Below, one piece after another: positions 11,592 to 23,166 of a DNA stretch of 64,000 nt (position 1 is the stretch's first letter; each line of letters begins with the position of its first letter). Both the position numbers and the translations under genes were made by a program. The DNA comes from Thraustochytrium aureum (Eukaryota), in the NCBI GenBank assembly GCA_012862495.1, contig BLSG01000162.1, positions 115,789-179,788 on the forward strand, in the 5' to 3' direction. The notes under the pieces are model-generated. The model saw nothing but the letters and a program-made list of their open reading frames with translations. It was not told where the DNA came from and searched no databases.

Positions 11592-12428
11592 AACTTGCCG
11601 AGATGAGATTGGCGGTCAGTTTACGCCGTGAAGCCGCTCTTGTCGCGGCACACGCGCGGGGCGATGCCGCGGCCGTGAGTTTCCTCTCCNNNNNNNNNNN
11701 NNNNNNNNNNNNNNNNNNNNNNNNNNNNNNNNNNNNNNNNNNNNNNNNNNNNNNNNNNNNNNNNNNNNNNNNNNNNNNNNNNNNNNNNNNNNNNNNNNNN
11801 NNNNNNNNNNNNNNNNNNNNNNNNNNNNNNNNNNNNNNNNNNNNNNNNNNNNNNNNNNNNNNNNNNNNNNNNNNNNNNNNNNNNNNNNNNNNNCTCCAGT
11901 TGCAGCACTTGTTTCGCACTGCAGCGGTCATGATGTTCAAGGCCGCAGCACAACAGACGCGACAAGCGAACGAGCGCGAGGCGCGCTCGCGAGGCGCGCT
12001 CGCAAGGAGACAACGAAACGGAATGGGCGCCGCCGAATGCGCACCGGTGGACTCGACCCTCTCCATCGATCGGCGCCGGCCGACGCCTGCGTGGAGCACA
12101 CTGGCATCGGTGAGTTGTACCTACTCCCCAACAGTCTCACTCGGTACTACTCCAATGCAACAGGAGTACTACAGACAGGTAGAGTAGTACATGCTCGACT
12201 TGCACGCCAAGCCACGCGAGCATACCTCGAACGCGCGCCGGCGATTGGACGCGTTGCCGTGGACGCGCTACGTCAGGCGTCGCTGCGCTGCGTTTGCTTG
12301 CGCTGCCTTGCCCTGCGCGTTTGCTTGCGCCGGCCTGACGGGTTCACGTCGCCGGCTCGGTCGCCGCTTGCTCGTGCTGGGCTTGCAGGCAGGCTGCGCG
12401 CGCGGCCGTCGGCGAGCGGGCAGCCAAG

Positions 12429-14807
12429 ATGCTGGCGATGCAGGTCAAGGAGCGGCGGGAGGCGCTGGCGAGGAAGGAGCGGCAGCAGAAGAAACGAAAA
12501 GGAGGGCAGGAGCGGGGGCGCAGCCACACGAAAAGAGCGAGGGGGCACGAGTGCCAGTTCCCCGAGGCGAGAGACATGGTTGTGCTCGTGGTGCCGTTCC
12601 TCGCGTTTACCAAGATGATGGCGAAGCGCGCGACGGACTACCTGACCTCGAAGGGCGTGATCGTCGCCGAGCAGTGGGACACTGAGGTCTCGCACCTCAT
12701 CACCTCCGCCAGAGCGACCAACAGCCAGCTGGAAACCAAGCTGGGGATCCCCGTCCTGGAGCGGACCGGAATCGAGCTCATCTCGTCAGACTGGGTCCGC
12801 GAGCTTATCGACAAGGGCGTCTACGTCGACTGGCGCCAGTTCATGGTCCGCCACCTCCGCGAGCCAAAGCCAGAGGCCCTCCCGGCCGTTCCCACGCTCA
12901 CGTCTGCGTCCTCGTCCAGCACCAACTCGTACAGGCGGGCACACGCCGACATTTTCGACACCTTTGGGTCTGCGAGAGACGAGTTCGGGTCGCGCATGAT
13001 GACCGCGACGCAAGATGACGACGATGGCGCGGACGACCACGAACTGGACGCCCTCCCGCACGCCGCTACGATGGTCGAGGCCGAGAGCGACCACGACGAG
13101 GAGGACAAGGAGAGCAATCCAGGCGAGGCCAGCGGTGCAGGTGCCGGGCATAACGGAGCGGCTTCCGCCGCTCGAGCGGGCCAAAGCCGAGCGCGCACGC
13201 AGACGTTCAGCGACGACACTATCATTGAGGCCACGCCCGAGAACGAGGGCGGCGCAGAAGTCCACTCCGCCTCCCCGCCGCCCTCGAGTCAAGACGGCGC
13301 CCCTTCAGAGTCGCAACCGCACGGGCCGCACGCCGCGGCCCCCGAGACGCGGCGAACGACGCGGCGAATGGCAAAGCAGGCCGACGAGGGTGCAACACTC
13401 AAGCTGAGCGTTGAGGGAACGCCCGATGCGCCGCCAACGAGGCCAGACCCCTTTTTAACAGCACCAAAGCGCGAAGTGCCGAAACGGTTGGCAAGCACCT
13501 CGCGGGTTCGCGCGGCGTCGCACACAAGCACGGCCAATCGTGGCGTCAAAGAGGTCGCTCTGCCGGCCGCCCGCGGGCCCAAGCAGGGCGAAGGCAAGGC
13601 CTCCCAAGCTATCCTGAGCTTTTCCGAGCTGTCGTGCTCGTCGTCCTCGAGCTCCTCAAACTCGATCGCCGCCAGCTCCGCGGCGCAAAGGAGCGCCTTT
13701 CGAGCTGCAGAGCTTGCCGCGCTCCGGGCCCCAGACGCACTCGAGAGCTTGCGGCCGCTATTGAAAGCGGCGATCGAGTTTTACGAGGCGAGCTCGTGCA
13801 ACGTGGACTCCGCCTCAGACCTGGAGGCAGACCAGCTCGCCGTGCGCAGCGATTTGCGCCTCTTCTTGCGCCTCTTCTCGGCACGCCGAAATGGCGCAAA
13901 GCGCGAGGAGGCCGTGCAAGCCTTGAGCCGCCTGCCGCTTCTTGATCGCGCCAAGGCGGAGGAGCTTGTTGACGCTGGCTTTACGACGATCGACGACCTA
14001 CGCCGCGACAGGTCTTACTTGAGCGTGTATCAGCGCTCGGCGTTGCGCTACGCTGAAGACCTGGTCCAACCAGTGGAGAAGGAGGAAGCGCAGGCAATTT
14101 GGGCGCAGGTTGCCTCTGCGGCCACCGAGGTCTTCACGCGCGGGATGACGACTGTTTTCCTGCTCGGCGACTTTAACCGCGGCCTCGCAACGAGCAACCG
14201 CGTCGAGCTGCTCGTTATGGATGTGCAGTCCAAGACGTGCCCGCGGCTGGCCCGTCTTGTCAAACGGCTCAAGGACAAGGGGCTCGTGCTAAACACACTC
14301 GGAACCTCGTGCACCACTGTGGGCGGGGCGACGGGGCCCTTCCGCGAGACCCTCTTGGCGACGGAAACGGCAGAGTCCAAGCAGGACGCCTTCGAGCGGT
14401 TCGAAGGGATCTACCGTGCTACGCCTGACGGCACCGCGCGCCATGTCCACGTGGTTGCCTGCAGGAAGGACTTTGTGGCCTTCTCCAAACTCCTGCTGAC
14501 GGGCGACCAATTCTTCGTCAAAGCCCTCCGCCAACGGGCGGCCGACCGCGGCTTGGAGATGGACTTTCATGGCTTGTACCACGCCGACAACGGGCTGCGC
14601 GCTGCGGAAACGAAGGGGCTGGGCAGCGAGGCCGAGGTGCTGCGGTACCTTGGCGTCCCCGAGCTCGACGCGGTGAACCGCACGTTTGCGTCCGAAAAGG
14701 AAGCGGTGGATGTCGTCTTGCACGGCAAGCAAATCTGCCCCAACGCGCAAGAGCGCACCCTGACAACTGGCCAGCTCGCCGACGCCTTCACGCAGGACGG
14801 CCACTAG
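12429..14807 (+). CDS. BRCT domain + family-X DNA polymerase-like protein (Pol lambda/mu architecture), catalytic residues degenerate
   Basis: BRCT-like (WDTEVSHLIT...ISSDWVRELI), HhH (LSRLPLLDRAKAEELVDAGFTTIDDLRR), palm GDFNRG, thumb LLTGDQFFVKALRQRAADRGLEMDFHGLY...SEAEVLRYLGVP. Confidence 0.82.
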   Translation: MLAMQVKERREALARKERQQKKRKGGQERGRSHTKRARGHECQFPEARDMVVLVVPFLAFTKMMAKRATDYLTSKGVIVAEQWDTEVSHLITSARATNSQLETKLGIPVLERTGIELISSDWVRELIDKGVYVDWRQFMVRHLREPKPEALPAVPTLTSASSSSTNSYRRAHADIFDTFGSARDEFGSRMMTATQDDDDGADDHELDALPHAATMVEAESDHDEEDKESNPGEASGAGAGHNGAASAARAGQSRARTQTFSDDTIIEATPENEGGAEVHSASPPPSSQDGAPSESQPHGPHAAAPETRRTTRRMAKQADEGATLKLSVEGTPDAPPTRPDPFLTAPKREVPKRLASTSRVRAASHTSTANRGVKEVALPAARGPKQGEGKASQAILSFSELSCSSSSSSSNSIAASSAAQRSAFRAAELAALRAPDALESLRPLLKAAIEFYEASSCNVDSASDLEADQLAVRSDLRLFLRLFSARRNGAKREEAVQALSRLPLLDRAKAEELVDAGFTTIDDLRRDRSYLSVYQRSALRYAEDLVQPVEKEEAQAIWAQVASAATEVFTRGMTTVFLLGDFNRGLATSNRVELLVMDVQSKTCPRLARLVKRLKDKGLVLNTLGTSCTTVGGATGPFRETLLATETAESKQDAFERFEGIYRATPDGTARHVHVVACRKDFVAFSKLLLTGDQFFVKALRQRAADRGLEMDFHGLYHADNGLRAAETKGLGSEAEVLRYLGVPELDAVNRTFASEKEAVDVVLHGKQICPNAQERTLTTGQLADAFTQDGH

Positions 14808-15644
14808 CCGGACGCCCGCCTGCGAATTCGCAGATCACCTTTAGAAGTCCCCTTTGCGCGCGTTAATGTTATTCAATTCCCCTCCGGCCTCCCTCCCCAT
14901 CGAACCCAGTGCCGGCGCGCAACCGGCGCACAATTGGGCCTGAGCATCGCGAGCCAGCCATTTCCCCTACCTAGCTCCAACCACGCAAGCCTGCGTGACG
15001 CGGTGTCCTCGGGAAGGCGGAAACTGAGCCGTCCCACGGGCAGCTCTCTATAGCTGGAGCTCGACCCTTGGAGAACACAGAGGGGAGGCGCTGGTCGTCG
15101 ATCCGACTTGTCGAAACCGTGACCTCGAGCCTCACCACCACGGCCTCGCGCGGCGGTCGCGTGCAGTGGCGGTCTTTCCCGCGACTCGAACGCAAAGCCA
15201 AACCAAACAACAAAGTCTGCAATTCGATTGAGCTGTGAAGGTCATCATGATGGCTTGGTCCTGGTGTCATGTTTCCGAGTCGCTTGCTCGCGTACTTACT
15301 TTCCTTCTTCCGCCTCTNNNNNNNNNNNNNNNNNNNNNNNNNNNNNNNNNNNNNNNNNNNNNCCTGCACCTGCAACAGCGGAGCGCGCCACCGAAAGAGC
15401 GAGAGGAGCGCGCACACCTCCAACCCAACCCAACCCAACCCGGCGGTTCAGGGTCCTTTGAGGTGTGCCGACATTACGAGCGGTCTTTCTCGCTTCCGTC
15501 GCTTGGGCTTTCAAGGGGCAAGCGAGCGGCCGAAGTCTACTTGCGTGAGCACAGCCTGCAGAAGACGGCTGCCATTTTCGCGGGCAAGGCTCTGGTGAAG
15601 CAAGTCATCAGGTGAGAAGAGCGGCAAGGAGAAGGTGGGAAGAC

Positions 15645-15765
15645 AATCGATCCGTCGAGCAACGACCGCTCGATCGATCCATCGATCCGTCCAGCAACCA
15701 ACGATCGATCGTTTCTCGTCCGGTCGATCGATCGATCCGTCGATGTCGGTGTCGAGTATCGATCG
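15645..15765. repeat. Low-complexity (ATCG/GATC)n-rich tract upstream of the ankyrin-SAM gene
   Basis: Many ATCGATC units within about 120 bp. Confidence 0.6.
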
Positions 15766-16000
15766 GCAGGCGCCCGGCAGACCTGCAACGCGACGCGAGT
15801 CGTCATTGTTGCGCCCTGGCTCAGTTGCCTGCGAAAGCGCCTCGCGAGCAGCTCGCAGGACGCGGCTCGCTCGTTGTGCAGCTCGTTGGCGGGGCTGGAG
15901 CGTCGGGAGGATGGTGGTGGCGGCTGAAGGCGTTGGACGTCGTGTTGAGGTGCTGACGCGGACTGCGGCGCGTGCGAATGGCGATGCCGCCGGGAAGTCG

Positions 16001-17071
16001 ATGCTGGCCTTCGAGGAAGGTGCCGGCGGGAGCTCGAGCGCCATGATTTTTGCGGCCGTTCGAGCTGGGAGGGGAAGCGACGTCGCGTCGCTCGCGACGG
16101 CCGGTCTGGCCGTTGATGTTCCCGACGTAGCTGGCATGACCGCGCTGATGCTGGCAGCCAAATTGGGCCATGTGCATGTCGTCAAAGCGTTGCTTGACGC
16201 CGAGGCTGCCGTGGACAAGTCCAAGCCAGACGGAAGGACCGCTCTCATCTTCGCCTGCGAAGAGGGCCATGCTGAGGTCGCAGCGGCGTTGCTCGACGCC
16301 GGCGCAGACGTGAACAAAGCCAAGGCGGGGAAGAAGACCGCGCTGATGCTCGCTGCTCAAGACGGCCACCTCGACGTTGTCAAGGTCCTGGTTGACGCAG
16401 GCGCGGCTGTTGACAAGACCTGCGCGGCTGGCCGGACCGCACTAATGTATGCCGCCAAACAAGGCCACGCAGGCGTCGCGCAAGTTCTGCTGGATGCCGG
16501 GGCAGTTCCGGACAGGGCCGACGCAAGCAGGTGGACGCCGCTCATGCTCGCAGAACGAGCTTGCCACCTCGAGGTGATGTACGTGCTGCTTGGCGCAGGC
16601 GCGAATGCGGATTCGGATTTTTTCGGCGTCCAGGACGGCTTTCCCGCCCCTGAAGTTGAGGAGTTGCTCACCTGGCACAAGACCAGCCCTATTGCAAAGG
16701 TCCTTCGGGAGCTGCACATGCACCGGTACCTGGAGCAGTTCCGCAATTTCGACGCGACTGCAGACCTGGCCTCGGCCATGCGGTGGAGAGACGAAGATCT
16801 TGAACTATTTGTTGGTATCAGCAGCGAGGCGGACCGCGCCAAGCTCCTCGCTCGATTCTCGGGGAACAGGCGATCGTCGCCGATGTACAGGCTGCTCCGG
16901 TGGTCGCCTCCCGAGGTAGCCGTCGAGCTTTGGGCGAAGAACCGAAACAAAGATGAAGAAGCTTGGGCTTCCACTGTGCAAGAAGAGCAAGAAGCGGGGA
17001 GGGTTTGCGCGGCAGAAAGGCCCCGCGTAGTCAAGTGCGACCCGCGCAGCGGCGGCAAGGTTTGGGTTTGA
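16001..17071 (+). CDS. Ankyrin-repeat protein with C-terminal SAM-like domain (start uncertain; 15911 is an alternative)
   Basis: About 5 ankyrin repeats (GMTALMLAAKLGH, GRTALIFACEEGH, KTALMLAAQDGH, GRTALMYAAKQGH, WTPLMLA), then IAKVLRELHMHRYLEQF...DEDLELFVGISSEADRAKLL (SAM-like). Confidence 0.85.
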   Translation: MLAFEEGAGGSSSAMIFAAVRAGRGSDVASLATAGLAVDVPDVAGMTALMLAAKLGHVHVVKALLDAEAAVDKSKPDGRTALIFACEEGHAEVAAALLDAGADVNKAKAGKKTALMLAAQDGHLDVVKVLVDAGAAVDKTCAAGRTALMYAAKQGHAGVAQVLLDAGAVPDRADASRWTPLMLAERACHLEVMYVLLGAGANADSDFFGVQDGFPAPEVEELLTWHKTSPIAKVLRELHMHRYLEQFRNFDATADLASAMRWRDEDLELFVGISSEADRAKLLARFSGNRRSSPMYRLLRWSPPEVAVELWAKNRNKDEEAWASTVQEEQEAGRVCAAERPRVVKCDPRSGGKVWV

Positions 17072-17159
17072 GCGAGTTGTCTGCGCCGTCTCGCAGGCAA
17101 ATACCATCGCTTGTAATGTTCACAAAGCTATTCCTTTTTTCAAACCGTGGGGGCGCGCA

Positions 17160-18604
17160 TCAAATTGCGATTGGTTGTGTTTGGTTGGCGGTCGATTGAG
17201 GTGGTTGCGACGGGGCAGCCGCCTGAAGTAGAGCAGCAGGTTGCGACGGGGCAGCCGCCTGAAGCAGAGCAGCAGGTTGCGACGGGGCAGCCGCCTGAAG
17301 CAGAGCAGCAGGTTGCGTTGGAGCAGCAGCTTCCACTGCAGCAGCCTGGGGCGGGGCTGCAGGTGCAGCGACATCTTGGGGTGGGTCAGCCGGTTGCGGC
17401 GTGGCAACTAGCTGCGACGCGCCGGTGGCGCCCAAAGCAGCAACGGGTTGCGAGACCTCGAGTCGGGAGCAAAATGCAGTCACATACGCAGAGACAGGTT
17501 TGGCTCCCTTGTTGGTGAGCGTCACTGTGACGCGACCCGGCCCCGTAGCTTGCCTTGGGTCCAGGCTCGCGGACATAGACTCGTACGCTACCTGCTTTTC
17601 CCCGACGGCTTGATCACCCACCTTGACGGACGCTGTGACTTGGCCCTCACCAAGCAAGAGGACCTCAAGGGTCAGTTTGTGCGGCCCAGCTGGGACAGCC
17701 ACTTGCACAGCGTCCTGGCCAGCCACGGCAAGGTCTAGCAATGTCGTGTCCTCCCGCTCTGCGGCAGGCAGCAGATTTGGCGGAAAGTCTGTCGCCACGC
17801 CACCCAGAAACGCTGGCACGTCAGAAGCTTTTGCGCCGAGGCTCCGGATGAACGGACAGGCATCGTGGGCGTCGGAGCGCGACGAAGTGTGCCGCGCCGG
17901 GCAGATCGCCTGCTTGGCCACCGCTTTCTTGCTCTGCAGCTTGTTCACAACCTTGATGATGTACCGCAGGGCCGTCGGCACGTTGATGAGCACAGCCTTC
18001 CCCAAGAGCTGCGGGTACACGTCCATGCTCAAGTGTGAGGCTAGGCCGAGGCCCTTTGAGAACTTGCGGTTGGCATCAAACAGACTGAACCCGTCCATGT
18101 CAATGACGTTGATCACTTTGACGATGCGCCCCGTGGCGCGCGTCGCTGCGTCGCAGCGCTGAAAGCCGAGCTCGTTCGACCCCATCAGGCACAGCACGAC
18201 TTGGTCCAACTCTAAACGTCGCATCAGCCCGTTTGTGTTGCTCTTCGACGTCCGGACGACAAAGACGGGGCTCTGCGAAGACCCGATGTGGCTCACAAAC
18301 CCGACGGCCTGAAAAACCTTGATGGTTGACGCAACCGGATGCGACTCTCCCCTCGCTGTGGCGTGCAGGAGATCCAAGTTGGCTTTCCTCCACGCGATGC
18401 AGCGCCTGAGCGGCCCTGCGGCCTTCTTCGGGTCCTCCTTGAACGACAACAGATACCGCAAGAAGAACAGGTCGTCCACAGGCGTACCAACGTCGCCGGC
18501 CTGTTCCACCTCGGGCTTGACCAACTCCTTGAGCTCGTCAATCTTCGCGCGCCTCGCTTCGACCAGCTCGCTCACCAGGAGCCCCCTCTCCCGTCGACCT
18601 CCAT
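17160..18604 (-). CDS. CRAL-TRIO (Sec14-like) lipid-binding protein with a beta-rich C-terminal domain and A/P/Q-rich tail; probable frameshift just after the start
   Basis: DDLFFLRYLLSF...CIAWRK (CRAL-TRIO N), VIDMDGFSL, VYPQLLGKAVLINVP. ATG at 18604 joins the long frame if one G is added to a G-run. Confidence 0.8.
17200..17317 (-). repeat. 36-bp coding tandem repeat, about 3 copies (PSQPAALLQAAA)
   Basis: GGTTGCGACGGGGCAGCCGCCTGAAGCAGAGCAGCA repeated on the + strand. Confidence 0.9.
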
Positions 18605-19167
18605 CGTGCCAAAGGACGACCAAACCAATCACCAGCCTTCGCGCAGCTCGCGCGCCACCACGACGACGACCTTGCTGCGGCCACGAGCGCAGGCCGTGTG
18701 GGGCCTTCTTGGTGGTGGTTTCGCCAACACCGCCCAGGCCAGAGCGAGGTGTCTGCGCCGTGGCTGCGGTGTCTGCGACGTGGCTGCGACGTGGCTGCGA
18801 AGTTGCCAAAGCCCGCCCGCCCGGCACGTAGCGAAACAGGTCTGTTCGTCTTGTGCCGCTGTGCCGCTGAATCGAGCTCGGCCATCGGCCAAACACCCCG
18901 CCCCGCTCACGCGGCCTGAGTGGCAGAGCAGCACAGGAGATCTGCCGAAGGCCCTCGTCGGGGTCTGCCCTGCCGCCGCAATCCAAGTCACCTATAAATT
19001 TATGGCGCCTTATCAATAAGGTGATGCGCCGTTTCACCTATAAATATATGTACAGAAGCTGTGCTGTCACCTTAGTAATTCGGAGCGGACAGAAGATACG
19101 GAAAAGGGAACGTCGCAGTCTGTGCAAGACCAGCCAACCAAGATTGGTGTTGAGGTGTTAGTTCTGC

Positions 19168-21255
19168 CTACTTGTGGTGTGGTCGCAGGTTGCCTTGCAT
19201 GTGGAAGTCCACAAAGCACGTCACTGCACGTTTCTTGACACGCGAGATGTGTAGGGCAACGCCGCAGTCCTCGCACTTGTACGCTGACTGGCCCTCGCAC
19301 ACTACGCAAGTGGATTGCCGGGCCACAGTGGCTACCACACCCTCGGCAGAGATGCTTTGGCGTTGGCCAACGGGAACTGGATTGTGCTTGAAATTCTTTG
19401 AGAGGCGAAGACGTTTGGCATCGCCCTCGTCAAACTGCTTTCGAAGGCTGCTGATGGACCTCTTCGAGCTTTTGCGCACCTTGGCGGCATCTGCTTCGGA
19501 AACAAAACCTTCCATCGGCGCGCTGGGCACGGAAGGCAGTACTCCTGTCGTCGATTTCTCAACGATGCCCGCGGAATCGCTGTGCTCTACCAGGGTCGTC
19601 GATTTCTCAACGATGCCCGCGGAATCGCTGTGCTCTACCAGGGTCGTCGATTTCTCAACGATGCCCGCGGAATCGCTGTGCTCTATCAGGGTCGTCGATT
19701 TCTCAATGATGCCCGCGGAACCGCTGTGCTCTATCAGGGACAGTGCGAGCTCCCTTGCAAACTCGGTGGCCGAGATTATCTTGTTGCACTTGTTCCTGAA
19801 CGAACTGAGTTTGGCGAACGGGAATTGAAACGCCCCATCGTCGTTTGTGCACGCTTTGATGATGCGATACAAGATGAACGCATTGCTCGCAAGCTGTCGA
19901 ATGCCACGGAACGCCAAAAGTTGCTTCAGCCCGAACTTGAGTGTTGCTGGGGTCGTGAGCGCAGCACCAAACTGAGTGTGACCGTCCAACCCGCCTTTCA
20001 GCGCGTTGTATGCAGCCTGGGAGTAAGACTTGAAAACGTGCACTGGATGGAGTGGCCCAGTTCGGCGAATCAGTTTGCGTAGCGCCCGCCACAAGCGCAA
20101 GTGTGAGGTCAACCGCTCGCAAACGGTCGCACCAAAAATGGAGGGGGGGCTTGGCGGGGACTGATTCGCGGTTGTACTTTGCCCCGAGCCGCTGTCAGCG
20201 GCCGCGTCCGCTTGCTCGCCGTGACCAACACTGGCGTGCGCCCAACCGAGAAGCGGCTCAAATTGAACAAGCGCGGCTTTGAACGCTTCGCGCGCAGATG
20301 ACGGCACGGTTACCAGGCAAGCGTATACTAGCTCGGTAGTGCTTCCTTCGACGTAAACGACGAGTTCCACGTCAAGCACCATGGCTTGGTGCAAAACTTG
20401 TCCACGACGCTCAGATGGAACTGCATCCCACCAACCGTCGTCGCCGACAGTGCAAGCGAAATATCTGCCCCTCTGCTGCGCGACAGACCGTGCCCTAGCG
20501 AGTGGCGTCGGTGCCGACCGTGTCTTGAACTCGACACTCGCGAGGGCCGCCTCGACTTGTGGACCCGCATTCGGCGGGACAACCATGGCCACAGCGTCAC
20601 ACGAAACCGCTAGGTAGGGTTGGGACTCTCGAGCAAGGAGACCGACGTGGTAGATCTCGTGGCACCACGTCGAGCGCTGGAGCACCTTGAAAAGGTTGTC
20701 TTCATTGATGGTGTCGCTCTTCATCATTTGAGTGGACAGCCCGCGTGCAAAAAGCCATGACCTGGCAAGGATTTCTGCGCCCATTTCCAGCAACTCCGCG
20801 TTGCTAGTACCCCTCATCTGTGTCAAGCCCACCGCTGGTACAGAGGCGCTCGTGTTGTCATCTGTGCCGCTTCTTGCCTCGACTCCTTCAGCTCCGCTCT
20901 CAGGAAACGCAACGCTGCCCTCGTCGACGCTCTCGGCATCACTTTCGGCTGCACTGCTGTCNNNNNNNNNNNNNNNNNNNNNNNNNNNNNNNNNNNNNNN
21001 NNNNNNNNNNNNNNNNNNNNNNNNNNNNNNNNNNNNNNNNNNNNNNNNNNNNNNNNNNNNNNNNNNNNNNNNNNNNNNNNNNNNNNNNNNNNNNNNNNNN
21101 NNNNNNNNNNNNNNNNNNNNNNNNNNNNNNNNNNNNNNNNNNNNNNNNNNNNNNNNNNNNNNNNNNNNNNNNNNNNNNNNNNNNNNNNNNNNNNNNNNNN
21201 NNNNNNNNNNNNNNNNNNNNNNNNNNNNNNNNNNNNNNNNNNNNNNNNNNNNNNN

Positions 21256-21286
<31 letters not shown>

Positions 21287-23166
21287 TCGTCGCCGCCTCC
21301 ATTTGTGCTGCGGCTGCGAACCAGCTGCGCGATTGTGCTTCTGCTGAGCTGGTCGCTGGAGATCTCGCCTGGAAGCGCCGCATCGAGGCCGCCTTGCGCC
21401 CGGTTTGTGACGGAAGGCCCGCGCACAAGCAGCGCTCGCGCTTGTGGATCCAGACGTGCCAACCGGCCGCTCGCCGTTCCCGTGACGCAAAAAAGGCGAG
21501 CAACAAACCAGTCAGCCGAGCGCTGCCAGCAAGTGATTGGGAGAACACCTTGCTCGCGGAGCTTGCTCTCGACCTTGCGGAGCTCTGCACTCTTCCGATC
21601 GCACGGGAAAAACAAAACGACCTTGGCCGGTTTGATGCTCTCTGGAATCGCCTTTTGGTCGAAGCAGACCGTCCGCATAATCTCGTCGCTGATGGCCGTT
21701 CCAGACTCGAGAAAACGCACAACGTTGCCGCCCTTGGCTGCTTCCCTGGCCTGATAATCCCGAAACGCAAGGGCGTGCACCACCTTGCTGGTGTCCCCCA
21801 CGCGGACAGTCGCACGTGCGGCGAAGAGCTCCCTGCCGAGCTGCGGGTCGTCACCAACCACAAAGCCCGCTTCGACAGGGACGTTTACTTTCTCCGCCCG
21901 CGCAATGACGTTTTCAACCGTGTCTACGAGAGGGCCTGGGCTGACATTCAACCTCTTCTCCGTTGCAACCACTTTTTGGAGAAGCTCTGAGAGCGGCACG
22001 AACGGGTGCCAAGCCTTCTTCACAGTCGTGATGAAGCTTACCTCTTTTTCAGTCAGCGCAGACCAAAAACGGTCCTTGCTGTACCCGTTGTCTCCGGTTC
22101 CAATAGTGCCACGGATCCGCCCACCAACACCATCGATCTTGTCCATGTCCTCGAGCAACTCGTCAACAGCGCAGTCTTGGATGTAGTTGAGGCGCTCTTG
22201 GTGCCGCACTGCATACGTAATACGCAGCAGCGAGTCGGTCACCGCGTCATTCTTCGTCCCGTCCTTGCCTGCTTTGCGGTGGCTCACGGCTCGCTTTTGG
22301 ACCTCTTCGGAGCGAGGCCCAACCAGCTCGTCATCCACAACGAACTGGAGTGAATGCGACAAGGTCAGGCGACGAGTTGACTCAAAAAGCACCCGCTCAA
22401 ACGTGCGGACATTCGCGATGGTGTCCTCAGTTTGACCAAAGCGGTCGCCCGCGGCGGCTTCGGTGGCAGGATCTGTCGCTTTGGTGCATCTGATGATGGC
22501 GTGGTAGCGCTCCACGCTGGGAATCTTGGCCGAGGCACGCCCAACAATCTTGGCGATGTCAGGAAGGAGGTTCTCGCTGGAGGTGTTGTACACTTGATGC
22601 ATCAAGTACGACCCAACAAAGCCGAGCATCTCGCCAAAGTCCAACGCATCCCTTTCCGCCCCAAACATCTCCTCGCGAAGGCGCTGGTTTGTCCAGGACA
22701 TCATCGTCTCTAGAAAGCGACGGGCCAGGACCATGAAGACGTGGAACGGGGAGAGCTTGCTCACATCATCTTTCAACAGGCAAAACTCTGCCTGGCAGCC
22801 ATGAATGACTTGCTCGAAAATGTCCTCGCACTGGCTTTGGAGACGCGGCACGAAGAGCTTGTCGATCGCGTCGCCCTGGGACATGAGCTCATATTCGTCA
22901 GGCTCCGCGCGCCTCTCCCAGCGCAGCGACTTGGTCCTGAGTGTCGCTGTCGGGGCGTTTGGCGCGCTGCCCAGTGCGTCGCGCTCTGCCTCGACCCCAC
23001 CGGGCCCTTGGACGTTCTGCCTGTGGAGTGGGCATTTTCTACTGTTTGAACGTCTGTGGTCTGTCCTTCCGCACTTCTTGCAGGCCTCCGCGCGTGCCCT
23101 TGGCGGAGCGGCTTTTGACGGAGCCCGCGAGCTGCGAACGTCGCTCTCCAGCCCCGCACGCTCCAT
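19168..23166 (-). CDS. piggyBac-like DDD transposase with inserted YqaJ/lambda-exonuclease-like domain, N-terminal CxxC-H-C knuckle and C-terminal Cys-rich domain (gap at 20962-21255)
   Basis: VVDDELVG (D1), GDNGYS (D2), YNALKGGLD (D3). Between D2 and D3: WQRSADWFVARLFCVTGT, GLLARESQPYLAVSCDAV, VEFKTR, GQVLHQ. C-terminus CVVC...KCEDCGVALH...CFVDFH. Confidence 0.8.
19547..19738 (-). repeat. 48-bp coding tandem repeat x4 (LVEHSDSAGIVEKSTT) in the transposase ORF
   Basis: Near-identical units starting at 19547, 19595, 19643 and 19691. Confidence 0.92.
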
